Source of the DNA: an uncultured virus (IMG/VR IMGVR_UViG_3300010354_000066)
Lineage: Duplodnaviria > Heunggongvirae > Uroviricota > Caudoviricetes
Virus record (IMG/VR): IMGVR_UViG_3300010354_000066
Location: 1 to 64,000 of that record
Reading direction: 5' to 3' (one strand)
DNA length: 64,000 nucleotides
Shown in pieces: positions 46,737 to 57,024 of this stretch. How positions within the stretch are numbered: position 1 is the first letter of the stretch; the number at the start of each line of letters is the position of its first letter. The translations under genes and the position numbers were made by a program. The notes under the pieces are model-generated. The model ran no database searches. It saw only the letters and a list, made by a program, of their open reading frames with translations, and was not told the origin of the DNA.

Positions 46737-49700
46737 TGAAAAAATTTACCAACATTACTACAAACGAAAATGAAAAAGCAATCAAAATAGGAACAAACGT
46801 TCCTGCAGACGCAGCAGTTTTATCTTGGTATACATCAGAATCAATTTCTCCAAAAAATAACATAGTTACAGTAAATGTTTCAGAAACAATTCTAGAAAAT
46901 AAAATAAAAGAATCCTATGATGCAGAACTAATGTACGCAGATGAGTTGGGAATCTTAAGAAGAATGAACGGATCATCAGTATTATCAACTGATGACATTA
47001 CGATAAGTAATCTATTCCTACACAGGCCAACAGTATCTGAAACACTGAATCCTACCGAAATAAACGCTAACGATTTTGGTCACTATGTTTATATAAGTAG
47101 ATACTTTACTGCCGCTCCTGCAATTTTTAATTTTACATCTTACAACAATCTTCCTGACCAAGATCAAATATATAATCTTGGCATAAAGGTTTTAGATGAA
47201 TTTGGAAAAGATTATATTGATCTAAATACAAATAGAAAAAAATATAAGATTCTATTAGAACCATATAAAACTAGTGCAAACGTTAACCTAGAGGAAATAC
47301 CATACAGAGTTATAGTTGTACTGGATAGTTCCTATCCTTTAAACCTTAAGTTAATGTACAATAAAGTTGAATCTGATGAAAACGGAAAATTTAGCAATCA
47401 ACAGTTAAGATATACAGAAACTATAAATGCTGTTAAATACTTTAATAATATTCCAGAAGAGTCTTTTGTTATAGATCCTAATTATTATGGATCTAGGAAT
47501 TTTTCAATTAAAAAGATTGACGAAAATTATTCCAGTGTAAACACAGGTCATGTTTCTATAACAAACGGATATCAAGCTCTTGTACCAAGCAAGGCAATTA
47601 AAGACTATAGAAATTATGAAGTTTTCAATTGGAGAATAATAGGAAAAATAAGAAGAAATATTAATCTACAAGACATAGATTATGAAATAGATTCTAATCC
47701 AGATTCTCCAGTTAGAATAAGAACTGTCAAAGCTGGAATTCTTTATTCAGGCTCAACAAATCAAAATATTAATCCATACGTTTTGTATAGATTAGAAAAT
47801 TCTCCATTTAATTTAACTAAGCTTGTATTTGAAAATCCACTTACGACATTAACAGACAAATCTTTAGCTAATTATTGGAAAGTAAATATAGACTCAGTTA
47901 CTTCAGCCCAGTTAAGTCAATTCGATGTGCTTCTCTGGTCTCCTGACTCTACAATAACTTCTAGTCAAGCTAGTCTTATAAATAACTTTGTTGCCAATAA
48001 TTTTGGAACACTTATCCTAGACCTGTCCTTCTGCCCTAATGCATCTAATGTAAACTCCGGAGGACAACTAAATATGACATCTTCTGTAGTAGCCAATAAT
48101 GTTGACATGATAGATACCAGTATCTGTATTGATGCAACAAAAAATGGTGGATGGACTATAAATGATACAATATTTGAAAAAAATTATTATAGCGTTATAG
48201 GCTCTAGTAAAATAAATGGAGTTTCACCCAAAAGCTATAAGTACTTTGCTAATGCAGTAAGTTCAAATACATTTGTTAAAGCTGGACCTAGTTCTTCTGA
48301 TCTTAAGTCAATTGGCGTTCTATTATCATATCCGCGTCAAAATGATAGCCTTACAAAAGGAAATATATTAGCCACAACATTTGGGCTAATGTCATACTGT
48401 AACAGTATTTACGATATTGCAAATCCAGACAAAGTATTAAATATTAATAATGGAACATCACATTTTGGTACAATTAATAGTAGTACAACTCTATTTTCTT
48501 CTGTTATAGAAGGGCCATTCAAGTTATTGTTCAACTCCATCTCATACGCTATGTACTGCAAAGCTCTGTCGATGAGACAAACAAGTTTGGCTTCTTCAAT
48601 AATTAATTTTATTACAGATTGGTCTTCCTCTTGGGTTATGTATTCCCCAGCACTTGAAGACAGTGAAAAGCCGGATTTTGATCTTATATCAATAAACTCT
48701 AGTACGTCTCTTTATGCAAGGAATTTAACGAAAAATTCAGCATCTACTAATACAAGCATATTTGACTACTTTAAATCACAGCTTACATTAAAGATGTCGC
48801 AATTCCAAAGGTCAATAATAGAAGAATTATCTGTAGACGACATTGAATTCTATGTTGAAATTACTAATCCAGATGTAACAATTAAAGATTCTACAAAAGT
48901 AGCTGATCCAAATTCTGCTTCTGTAGATATTCCTTCTTCTTATACGTTATATAAGATAAATACTTCAAGTTCTTCAAATCCAGCCACAAGACCACTATAT
49001 GCATACACGCAAAAATATAGTAGATCGTTGTCAAGAATACTAGGTTTGGGCCCACATATATTGCTCGAAAGGCCAGTTAATAGTAGTTCATCAAGATCTT
49101 TAACAAACTTATTAAGTCCATCTTTAGGGTTTAATTCATATCCATTTAGACTAAAGTCTCTATATACCATGTATGAAGGAAGTGATATTCCTTACAGCTT
49201 TAACTTCAATTTTACAGGAAAAGCAAACTACACTGTCAACGCCACATACAAGGGTAAAAAAGAAATAGATATTCCTGTTGGACCAAAACCAGCTACACTT
49301 CCCGCAGAAAATGTAAAGTCTGGAATCGATGACTATCAAACCAGTAGATCAACTAACGTAGCAGATGCCTCAAACATATTCCCTTACACAGGCGATATAG
49401 ATATACATGGAGATCCTAGAATTTGGGTTCAAGGTTCGCCAACACATGAATATGTAAAATATATACAGTATACTTTAGCAGCAGCTGGTAAATATAAAGG
49501 GGCTATAGATGGATCATATGGGCCAGTTACTGCTCAGGCTGTATACAATTTCCAAGTAGCTAATAATCAAAGATTTAAAGATTACAAAGTTGATAGTGAG
49601 ACTAAATGGTATTTAGCTCTTGTGTGGTTAATAAAAAGAGCTTTTGAGGGACAAAAAGCTTTAGATGATTGGAAAGCATTTGCTACTCCAGACATAAGAA

Positions 49701-52207
49701 AATATATATCTAAAGTTGAAACAATGTCTTTAGCGCCAGATGTTAACTCCGGAAGACCATACAGAAAAATAACTTTCACAGGAACAGTTGGACCTAAACT
49801 CGGAGCAGACATCTTGTTTATGCAAGTTCCAAGTTCAATGATAAATGTTACTGGAATAACGATTACCCCTGATCAACAAGATGCTAGATGGAGAAACTTC
49901 AAAGCAGTTTCAGTTGGCTGGGGTCCAACATTTGAAACAAATATATTTAAATATTCTAAACTTGAAGCGCTTAACCTATCGGCTGCCTCAGGAGATATAA
50001 ATATACCAATAAATAATCTAGAAGCAAATAGCTGTAGATATATAATTGTAGGAATAGAGGGTTTGGCAATTTCTCCTGGCTTTGGTCAAGGTGAAGGTTT
50101 CGGAATTTCTGGAATTAAAATTAATGGAACAGTTGATGGTGGAACAGAAACTGGATATGAGGATGAAAATACTCCAATATCTGTAGATGTAGAAGTTGTT
50201 TTTAGTACTTCTATATCTGATTTATCTCCAAGCGTTCCAAAGAATTTAAATGTAAGAAACGTTAACGAGCTGTCTAGATTATCTAATTATATTACTTCTT
50301 TATCTTTTGGCAATTCCACAATAGAGATAGATGAAGGTGAATTAGAAATTGGGTCTGATGGTTTTGAAAACTCCAGAATCAAAGTAGAGTCTTTTACAAA
50401 TAGCACTGGATCAGTAACTCTTAGCAACCTTTCCGTATCTAACATACGAACTTCAACTGGGGCAGAAGTTTCTTCAAACGCCGTTTCATACACAAATACT
50501 TCAAATACAATAACATTTGACACATCAGCAACATACTATGGAACATCTTTGGTTAGAACTCAACCAATAGATCTATCAAGTAATTTTAGACTCAAAACAC
50601 TATCTGGTAACATTCTCCCTTCTGGTAAGAATACTATTAATTATGGAGATGGCGTTTTATTATTATGCAATGACGCGGGCGCACCAGTTGGGTTACCAAC
50701 TTACTCGCAGATTAGAGCCGCAATTGATGCGTCGACCTACCAAAATATATCTTCTCAAGAAACAGATCTAAGATATGGTTACTTCTCTGTTTATAACGAA
50801 TTACCAGATGATGGAATTAGATATGGCTTCTATGATGTTTCCGAAAGAAAGTTCTTAGGAAATTATATAAACTATATTGATTTGTATTCAAGGTCAGGGG
50901 AAGCATTCTCTAGGAGTTCAGCAAACATATACATAGCCATATGCGCACTAGATGCTGATGGACAAAGTGGAGATGGTGAATTCTTTGGCTTAAACAATAC
51001 AAATACATTTATTCCATCAAGAGTTCCACTAAAATACCTAGTGCCTGTATATTCTGTTAAATACAAATCAAATACATCTATAAATGTCGGCTCTATTAGT
51101 CAAAACATTTCTAAGTTTGATACTTGGGAGCTTCCAGTTTCTAACGGATCCTTTAATAAGGAAATATATATAGATCCAAATATTAAATGGCACGATTGGA
51201 AGTGGAATTATATGGGACAACGTTTAGTTGGCCAGTATTCTACTTTGGATACACCAAACATAGCTTGGTCAACAGTATTTGGCTATGGATACTATGATGT
51301 TGTTGATGAAAATCCATCAATTATAGATACAAAAACAATTCAAGTTAGAAGAGCTCCAATAGTTGCATGGAATCATCCTACAGATAATCTGAATTCTATA
51401 GTTGGAATAATTAAGCCAGAAATAAAAGTATACATAAGGGAGTCTACATCTAGTTCATGGGTAGAAGTAGATTACTCAATAATAAAAGATATAAATTGTT
51501 ATACTGGATTAATTACTTTTAAAAAGGCTATAGTTCCATCTAGTAGATCGTTGATAAAAGTTAATTATAGTACAGAAAATAATAATCTTTTATTAAGAGA
51601 AGTAAATGGTACTCCTATTCCATTAAATCCGCTTCTTAATCAAGAAACGATTCGTTTTGATAAACCACTTTATATTTATATTCTTCCAAATAACGTATAT
51701 AGATACGCAAACTACAATGAATCGCTTTTAAATGGAATTCCAGTTTCTAGTTTAGCTTATGAAAAAATAGATGATTATTCATATAATAGTGGTATAAACT
51801 TTACATATGATTCTTCCATTTTCGACAGCACATCAATAAACTATAATCCATTTGCTTTAACGATAGCAGTTATCTATGTCACCAATAAGCCAAATTCTAT
51901 AGCAACAAACTTCGTAGACCTAAGAGTTAGAGGTGGCGGATTAAGAGGTGATTTGGATAATTCGGAAATTTTAGATTCTCTAAACAATAACTCGTTGACA
52001 GAGGAATATGATGTACTATCTTATTGGGACGTTTATCCACCACAGGGAAATACTTATAACAGAGGTGGCTACGTGATTATTCAAATTCCACAAGAAGTAA
52101 AAGAAAACTTTGTTGATCCTAAACAAATTTATGATGTTATTCGGAATAACTTAACAGCTGGAGTGGTTTTTGATCTACAAGATCTAGAAGGAAACTCTTG
52201 GAGCTAG
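46736..52207 (+). CDS. Large baseplate/tail protein with internal peptidoglycan-binding domain
   Basis: 1823 aa. VKYIQYTL...G.IDGSYGPVTAQAVYNFQ...VDSET (about 49445-49615) fits PG_binding_1. C-terminal DLRVRGGGL...IRNNLTAGV looks like a wedge-type terminus. Confidence 0.6.
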   Translation: MKKFTNITTNENEKAIKIGTNVPADAAVLSWYTSESISPKNNIVTVNVSETILENKIKESYDAELMYADELGILRRMNGSSVLSTDDITISNLFLHRPTVSETLNPTEINANDFGHYVYISRYFTAAPAIFNFTSYNNLPDQDQIYNLGIKVLDEFGKDYIDLNTNRKKYKILLEPYKTSANVNLEEIPYRVIVVLDSSYPLNLKLMYNKVESDENGKFSNQQLRYTETINAVKYFNNIPEESFVIDPNYYGSRNFSIKKIDENYSSVNTGHVSITNGYQALVPSKAIKDYRNYEVFNWRIIGKIRRNINLQDIDYEIDSNPDSPVRIRTVKAGILYSGSTNQNINPYVLYRLENSPFNLTKLVFENPLTTLTDKSLANYWKVNIDSVTSAQLSQFDVLLWSPDSTITSSQASLINNFVANNFGTLILDLSFCPNASNVNSGGQLNMTSSVVANNVDMIDTSICIDATKNGGWTINDTIFEKNYYSVIGSSKINGVSPKSYKYFANAVSSNTFVKAGPSSSDLKSIGVLLSYPRQNDSLTKGNILATTFGLMSYCNSIYDIANPDKVLNINNGTSHFGTINSSTTLFSSVIEGPFKLLFNSISYAMYCKALSMRQTSLASSIINFITDWSSSWVMYSPALEDSEKPDFDLISINSSTSLYARNLTKNSASTNTSIFDYFKSQLTLKMSQFQRSIIEELSVDDIEFYVEITNPDVTIKDSTKVADPNSASVDIPSSYTLYKINTSSSSNPATRPLYAYTQKYSRSLSRILGLGPHILLERPVNSSSSRSLTNLLSPSLGFNSYPFRLKSLYTMYEGSDIPYSFNFNFTGKANYTVNATYKGKKEIDIPVGPKPATLPAENVKSGIDDYQTSRSTNVADASNIFPYTGDIDIHGDPRIWVQGSPTHEYVKYIQYTLAAAGKYKGAIDGSYGPVTAQAVYNFQVANNQRFKDYKVDSETKWYLALVWLIKRAFEGQKALDDWKAFATPDIRKYISKVETMSLAPDVNSGRPYRKITFTGTVGPKLGADILFMQVPSSMINVTGITITPDQQDARWRNFKAVSVGWGPTFETNIFKYSKLEALNLSAASGDINIPINNLEANSCRYIIVGIEGLAISPGFGQGEGFGISGIKINGTVDGGTETGYEDENTPISVDVEVVFSTSISDLSPSVPKNLNVRNVNELSRLSNYITSLSFGNSTIEIDEGELEIGSDGFENSRIKVESFTNSTGSVTLSNLSVSNIRTSTGAEVSSNAVSYTNTSNTITFDTSATYYGTSLVRTQPIDLSSNFRLKTLSGNILPSGKNTINYGDGVLLLCNDAGAPVGLPTYSQIRAAIDASTYQNISSQETDLRYGYFSVYNELPDDGIRYGFYDVSERKFLGNYINYIDLYSRSGEAFSRSSANIYIAICALDADGQSGDGEFFGLNNTNTFIPSRVPLKYLVPVYSVKYKSNTSINVGSISQNISKFDTWELPVSNGSFNKEIYIDPNIKWHDWKWNYMGQRLVGQYSTLDTPNIAWSTVFGYGYYDVVDENPSIIDTKTIQVRRAPIVAWNHPTDNLNSIVGIIKPEIKVYIRESTSSSWVEVDYSIIKDINCYTGLITFKKAIVPSSRSLIKVNYSTENNNLLLREVNGTPIPLNPLLNQETIRFDKPLYIYILPNNVYRYANYNESLLNGIPVSSLAYEKIDDYSYNSGINFTYDSSIFDSTSINYNPFALTIAVIYVTNKPNSIATNFVDLRVRGGGLRGDLDNSEILDSLNNNSLTEEYDVLSYWDVYPPQGNTYNRGGYVIIQIPQEVKENFVDPKQIYDVIRNNLTAGVVFDLQDLEGNSWS

Positions 52208-52208
52208 T

Positions 52209-54812
52209 ATGATAAACTATTTGCCAGAAACAATTAATCAATACTCGTCTTCAACCAGAACAACAGTCGCTTCACTAATTAGACAAATGAAGGTTGGGAA
52301 ATCTGATTTGTCTACTCTTGTTAATAGAGTTTCTAATACCGTCGTTGACCAAAATTTCTCTGCAGCAAACATTCCAATGTTTTCTGTCCTATCTAAAGAA
52401 ATAATGATCGACTCATTTAGAAATATCTTTTTGAGATTACAAAGTTTTTATTCAGCAGCAAATGCTACAGGTATAGCATTAAGTTCTATGGTGGATGTAT
52501 TTTCTTCTGAAATAGAAAAAGCTGAAAATGATCTTTCCAAACTAGAACTATTTATAGATAATTATGAATTTATTTCAGGAAAAGATGATTTATACAATTC
52601 TAATTATATAGAAAAGTTTGATAGTTTTGTTAATGATTATAAGTTTGATAATTTAATTATTTCCATTCCAGATAGAGACGGAGCTGCTTTTGTGGAAAAT
52701 GGAAATTCTTTCATAGATGGTAAGGCTGGAGTTTTAAAAATTGGTAAAACTCAAGATTCAAAAAATGTAATTAGAAATATAAAATCTATAAAAATAAAAA
52801 ATAATTACAACAATTATATTACGACAAAAACTGATTTTGAAAATCTATTTAATGAGAATTTTTCAGACTCATGGACGATCACAGTAAAGTCGCCAGCAAT
52901 ACTAAATGCGCAACTAGAAGAGTATAAGTCCTTGCTTGGATATGACTATACATTATTGTCGGGAGCAGCAACTTTATCTGAGGTTGAATTTGAAAGACCG
53001 GTATCTATTGATACAATAAGAGTTAATCCTAATTATTCAAATAACTTACAACTGTTACAAGTTGTTGTATATACCGATTCTCCACAACAGTCGAACAATC
53101 TAACTCCATCAGAAAATTATTACAAATTACTTCAAACACCAACACTTATAAATGGTACATTAGATCTTAAATTTGATAAAAGAAATATTAGTAAAGTTAC
53201 TTTTATATTTAACCAGTCTAACTATATTAGAAGTAATAAAACGCCGGTTAGTTCAGAACTAAACGCAAAGGTTTTAGATCTATTTGTCAGATCAATCATT
53301 GATGATAGAAAGACTAGATTCAGTAAATATCAAGATGTAGTATTTTGGTTCTTTAAGAAAAAAAATACAATTTCAGGAATTTCAAAAAATAACTATTCAG
53401 ATACTGACTATTATAGTTATAGATTCCCTCAAGAATTTGATAGTTATTTGTCAAATTTGAGTCAACAAATAAAAGATTTTAATACTTTAGTTATTGAAGA
53501 TAGAAACATCTACACCAATACACCTATATTTATTAACCTAATGAACAACATGTTAGATAGTTTTTCGGGTAAGTTAAATCTATTTAATAATGAAAAATTT
53601 ATAGAAAGACTAAGTTCTGGCAGCGCGCCAAATTCTTTATCAGATCCATCTTTCATAAAATCAAATGGATCTAATAGCATAAGTGGATATAACACACAGT
53701 CTATATCTCCAACTATTGCAAACAGTCAATACACTTCAGTTAGTTCTACTTTAACACAAGAATCTGAAAATAGTTATGAATATTCTTTTTCTTTAAATTC
53801 TATAGAGTTTATAGAAACATTATCGCAAAATACGACAAAGGCAGCTTATGTAAGTAGAAAGATACCTGTTGACGGACAAATATTAGCAGTTAAGGCAAAG
53901 GTTAATAGTGGTTTGAACTCCGTAGATGTTTCAAGAGCTGATAAAGATTTAAAAATATTAGCGTCTTACGAACTATCGGTATCAAACAAATCAGTACCTA
54001 ATCAAGAGCAAGATTGGATTCCCATAACCCCTTATGGTTTGGAGTATGTTGATTCTGAAGTTTTATTCGTTAATTCAAGCAATAATAAAGCTGAAATTAG
54101 GTTCCATGCAATACCAGACTCTATTACCATCTATAAAGATGGAATGTTAGTTACTAGAGGAACTGCAAACTATTCATATAGTCCTCAGTTAAAAACTATT
54201 ACATTATCAAATAATGTATATTCTCCTAATAGTCTATTTGTGGCATCTTATAAGTTAGACTATTCGAATTATACTCCAAATGAAATAGATTTTATTAAAA
54301 GAAATATTTATATAGAATCTATAAAGTCATATACATCTTCCGATGGACCTGGCGAACGATTCATTCAGACTGACAGAAACTCATACATTAAACTAAGCTA
54401 TGCTCCATATATTAATAAACTAGCTGCCTCTCAGGCTGTGTACAACTCAATAGGTGGAACTAGTTTTATCGGTAATTTTTCCGGATACTCTCCAGTAAAA
54501 ATACAACTGTCAGATGGATCTTACGCCGTTAATTTAACCAACTATACCACTGGAAGTCAAAGCGTTAAGTTTTATAACACAAACAATACTCTATTCATAC
54601 ATAATGGTAATGGGATTGTTTTTAATAGAAATATTAACACGCCTTTTAGGGTTTATTATCAGTATACTCCAAATGACTTAAGATTTAGACTTATTTTAAG
54701 AAAGAACTTTTTAGATACAAATGATCCTATATCAATAGATAGTGTTATATTAAAAATGAAAACACTAAACTATGATCCATACTATGATAAAATAAATTCA
54801 TCGATTAGTTAA
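52209..54812 (+). CDS. Virion structural protein (peripheral baseplate family, paralog 1)
   Basis: N-terminal coiled coil, beta-rich body, YEYSFSL and YVSRKI motifs, C-terminal LRFRLILRKN...PISIDSVILK. Confidence 0.55.
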   Translation: MINYLPETINQYSSSTRTTVASLIRQMKVGKSDLSTLVNRVSNTVVDQNFSAANIPMFSVLSKEIMIDSFRNIFLRLQSFYSAANATGIALSSMVDVFSSEIEKAENDLSKLELFIDNYEFISGKDDLYNSNYIEKFDSFVNDYKFDNLIISIPDRDGAAFVENGNSFIDGKAGVLKIGKTQDSKNVIRNIKSIKIKNNYNNYITTKTDFENLFNENFSDSWTITVKSPAILNAQLEEYKSLLGYDYTLLSGAATLSEVEFERPVSIDTIRVNPNYSNNLQLLQVVVYTDSPQQSNNLTPSENYYKLLQTPTLINGTLDLKFDKRNISKVTFIFNQSNYIRSNKTPVSSELNAKVLDLFVRSIIDDRKTRFSKYQDVVFWFFKKKNTISGISKNNYSDTDYYSYRFPQEFDSYLSNLSQQIKDFNTLVIEDRNIYTNTPIFINLMNNMLDSFSGKLNLFNNEKFIERLSSGSAPNSLSDPSFIKSNGSNSISGYNTQSISPTIANSQYTSVSSTLTQESENSYEYSFSLNSIEFIETLSQNTTKAAYVSRKIPVDGQILAVKAKVNSGLNSVDVSRADKDLKILASYELSVSNKSVPNQEQDWIPITPYGLEYVDSEVLFVNSSNNKAEIRFHAIPDSITIYKDGMLVTRGTANYSYSPQLKTITLSNNVYSPNSLFVASYKLDYSNYTPNEIDFIKRNIYIESIKSYTSSDGPGERFIQTDRNSYIKLSYAPYINKLAASQAVYNSIGGTSFIGNFSGYSPVKIQLSDGSYAVNLTNYTTGSQSVKFYNTNNTLFIHNGNGIVFNRNINTPFRVYYQYTPNDLRFRLILRKNFLDTNDPISIDSVILKMKTLNYDPYYDKINSSIS

Positions 54813-54822
54813 AGAGAATATT

Positions 54823-57024
54823 ATGACACAATTATCGCCCAACCTTCTTACATATGAGCAGCTTTTAGTAAAAGTTAATAAGCTTTTACTAATATTAAAT
54901 CAGAGGTCTGGAATAACAAAAGAAGAAATAGCAGAACAATATTCTTCACTTATTACCGATGTAAAAAATAGTTTGGGCTCTACGCTAACAAAATATGACC
55001 CGTTCATAAACGGGGAGCCGCCAGTATCATCAAAGATGAATAACTTCTTTAGAAGCTGCAAAGACGATATATCAATCATAGCTAGACAGTTAGATCTAAT
55101 GAATGCAAAAACGGTTGATGTTTTTAATTTATTCAATAGAGAAATAGAAAATGAAAAAAAGTTTGCAGAAAGAATAGCATCTAAAGCAAAAATATTACAG
55201 ATGTATTCACGTAGTCCGTCTGATGATTTAGTTTATGTAGGTGATTCTTTTGAAAATGATGATCTAATTGATTATACTAAAATAACCAAGGGTTTAAATC
55301 CATTAATAAAAAATGGAATCGCATCACTCCCCGTATCGTCTGCTCAAAAAATGTTAGTAAGTGCTATTTCAATATTGGATTCTAACGGGTTTATAGGAAA
55401 TAGTCATCAGGTTATTAGATCGGTAAACGACGATCAATCTAGTGAATATAAGTTTGTTTTTGAAAATAGCGAAACATTAAATAACCTCAATAGTGTTAGA
55501 GACGCTAATCCTTTAACATATTTTGAGTATGAAGCAATAAACGTTGATAAAACAACAGCTTCTCCGATTCCATCTATTCCGCCAAGGGACAATGAATTTA
55601 AGTATATAAAATCATCAACAAGCAACTCTAGTACCAATGAATCTACATTAGTAGATTGGTCAAGCCACAATATAGATCAGCCGCTAGAAATGAATTTACA
55701 ATTGTCAACAAGAACACCGAGAAAAATAAATAGTATAGATATAACTCCATATTTTGGTTCTTGTAAATTTATAGAAGTAAGCGAAATTAATATATATGAT
55801 AAATCTGGTTCTTCGGAAAATGTTATAGACAATCCCATATTTATAGGATCATCTATAATTCCGATAAATCTTCAGATGGCTAAATATTATTACTACAATA
55901 AGGCTACGATAAGATTTAGGGAGAGAGAAGTACTAAAAGCAGAAATAAAATTTAAGCAATCAGAAAGTTCCGATATACAAATACAGCATATATATTGGAA
56001 ACCAACAGAGGCCAACGCAAACAACCCCTTCGTAGATGCAGAAAGATTTAATCCAGATGCCCTAAGTAGGGATATTTATGAAAGCATTGAATACAATAGA
56101 TACTCTCTTCTTCCAACTTCAGCTAATCCTGTGGAATTTAAAAAGTCTGGAGACATTTTTAAAACAGTAAATGTTTCGATTAAGAAAAAGCCAACTGCAA
56201 GAAACTTTTTTGTTATACAGTTTTCAATAACTCCAGAAGAGGGTCCTGTTGAAAATATATATTTCCAGCAGTGGTTTAGTGAATCTGGTAGAGATGAAAA
56301 TAATGATCCAATAGTTATAAAGACAGCTCTGTTTACTAAAAATATTGTTGTTTCTGATGATGAAATTCAAACAATAAATTATCCAACTGAAGAAAATGCG
56401 CAAGAGGATTATGATTCATTAGTAGCTACATATCTAAACGAGACGCCGTACGTTATAAACCCTATAGAAGGTGTTACTTCTGGTGGAACAGTTACTGCAG
56501 TACAGGTTATCTCACAGACGATTACTCCAGTTGAAAGAGTCAAAACTTATAGAGTACCAGTAAAAACCGAAAAAGAACTATACTCTGCAAAACGGTGGGC
56601 GATAGGCCTTAGAGATGTGGAATTATATTCAGAAGTTTTCCAAGATGAACTAGAAATTGTATCACTACCATTTTTATTTGATCTTCCTGTAGAAGCTGTT
56701 ATGTTAAGCTTGGAATCCTCTTTGGATGAACAGCTACTAAAAGACTGCACTGTTCAGTCTCAAATATCTGTAGATGGTGGATCTAGTTGGATAGATATTT
56801 CTCCTATTCAACTAGACTTTAACAGTACCCCAGAGGTAATTTACTTCAATCAATCAACAGTTAATGAGTTTCAGTTAAGTGGAGCTTTTTATGCAAACGA
56901 CCCAAGAATTCCAAAAGAAGTTAAAAATATAATAGTTAAGATAAAAGTAAGAAAAGCTTCTTCTAAAAATTTTACACCAAATATATACTCATATCAATTA
57001 ATAGCTAAGGTAAAGAGATCATGA
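54823..57024 (+). CDS. Virion structural protein (paralog 2)
   Basis: GEPPVSSKMN then coiled coil; WAIGLRDVEL, IVSLPF; C-terminal IIVKIKVRK...TPNIYSYQL. Confidence 0.55.
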   Translation: MTQLSPNLLTYEQLLVKVNKLLLILNQRSGITKEEIAEQYSSLITDVKNSLGSTLTKYDPFINGEPPVSSKMNNFFRSCKDDISIIARQLDLMNAKTVDVFNLFNREIENEKKFAERIASKAKILQMYSRSPSDDLVYVGDSFENDDLIDYTKITKGLNPLIKNGIASLPVSSAQKMLVSAISILDSNGFIGNSHQVIRSVNDDQSSEYKFVFENSETLNNLNSVRDANPLTYFEYEAINVDKTTASPIPSIPPRDNEFKYIKSSTSNSSTNESTLVDWSSHNIDQPLEMNLQLSTRTPRKINSIDITPYFGSCKFIEVSEINIYDKSGSSENVIDNPIFIGSSIIPINLQMAKYYYYNKATIRFREREVLKAEIKFKQSESSDIQIQHIYWKPTEANANNPFVDAERFNPDALSRDIYESIEYNRYSLLPTSANPVEFKKSGDIFKTVNVSIKKKPTARNFFVIQFSITPEEGPVENIYFQQWFSESGRDENNDPIVIKTALFTKNIVVSDDEIQTINYPTEENAQEDYDSLVATYLNETPYVINPIEGVTSGGTVTAVQVISQTITPVERVKTYRVPVKTEKELYSAKRWAIGLRDVELYSEVFQDELEIVSLPFLFDLPVEAVMLSLESSLDEQLLKDCTVQSQISVDGGSSWIDISPIQLDFNSTPEVIYFNQSTVNEFQLSGAFYANDPRIPKEVKNIIVKIKVRKASSKNFTPNIYSYQLIAKVKRS

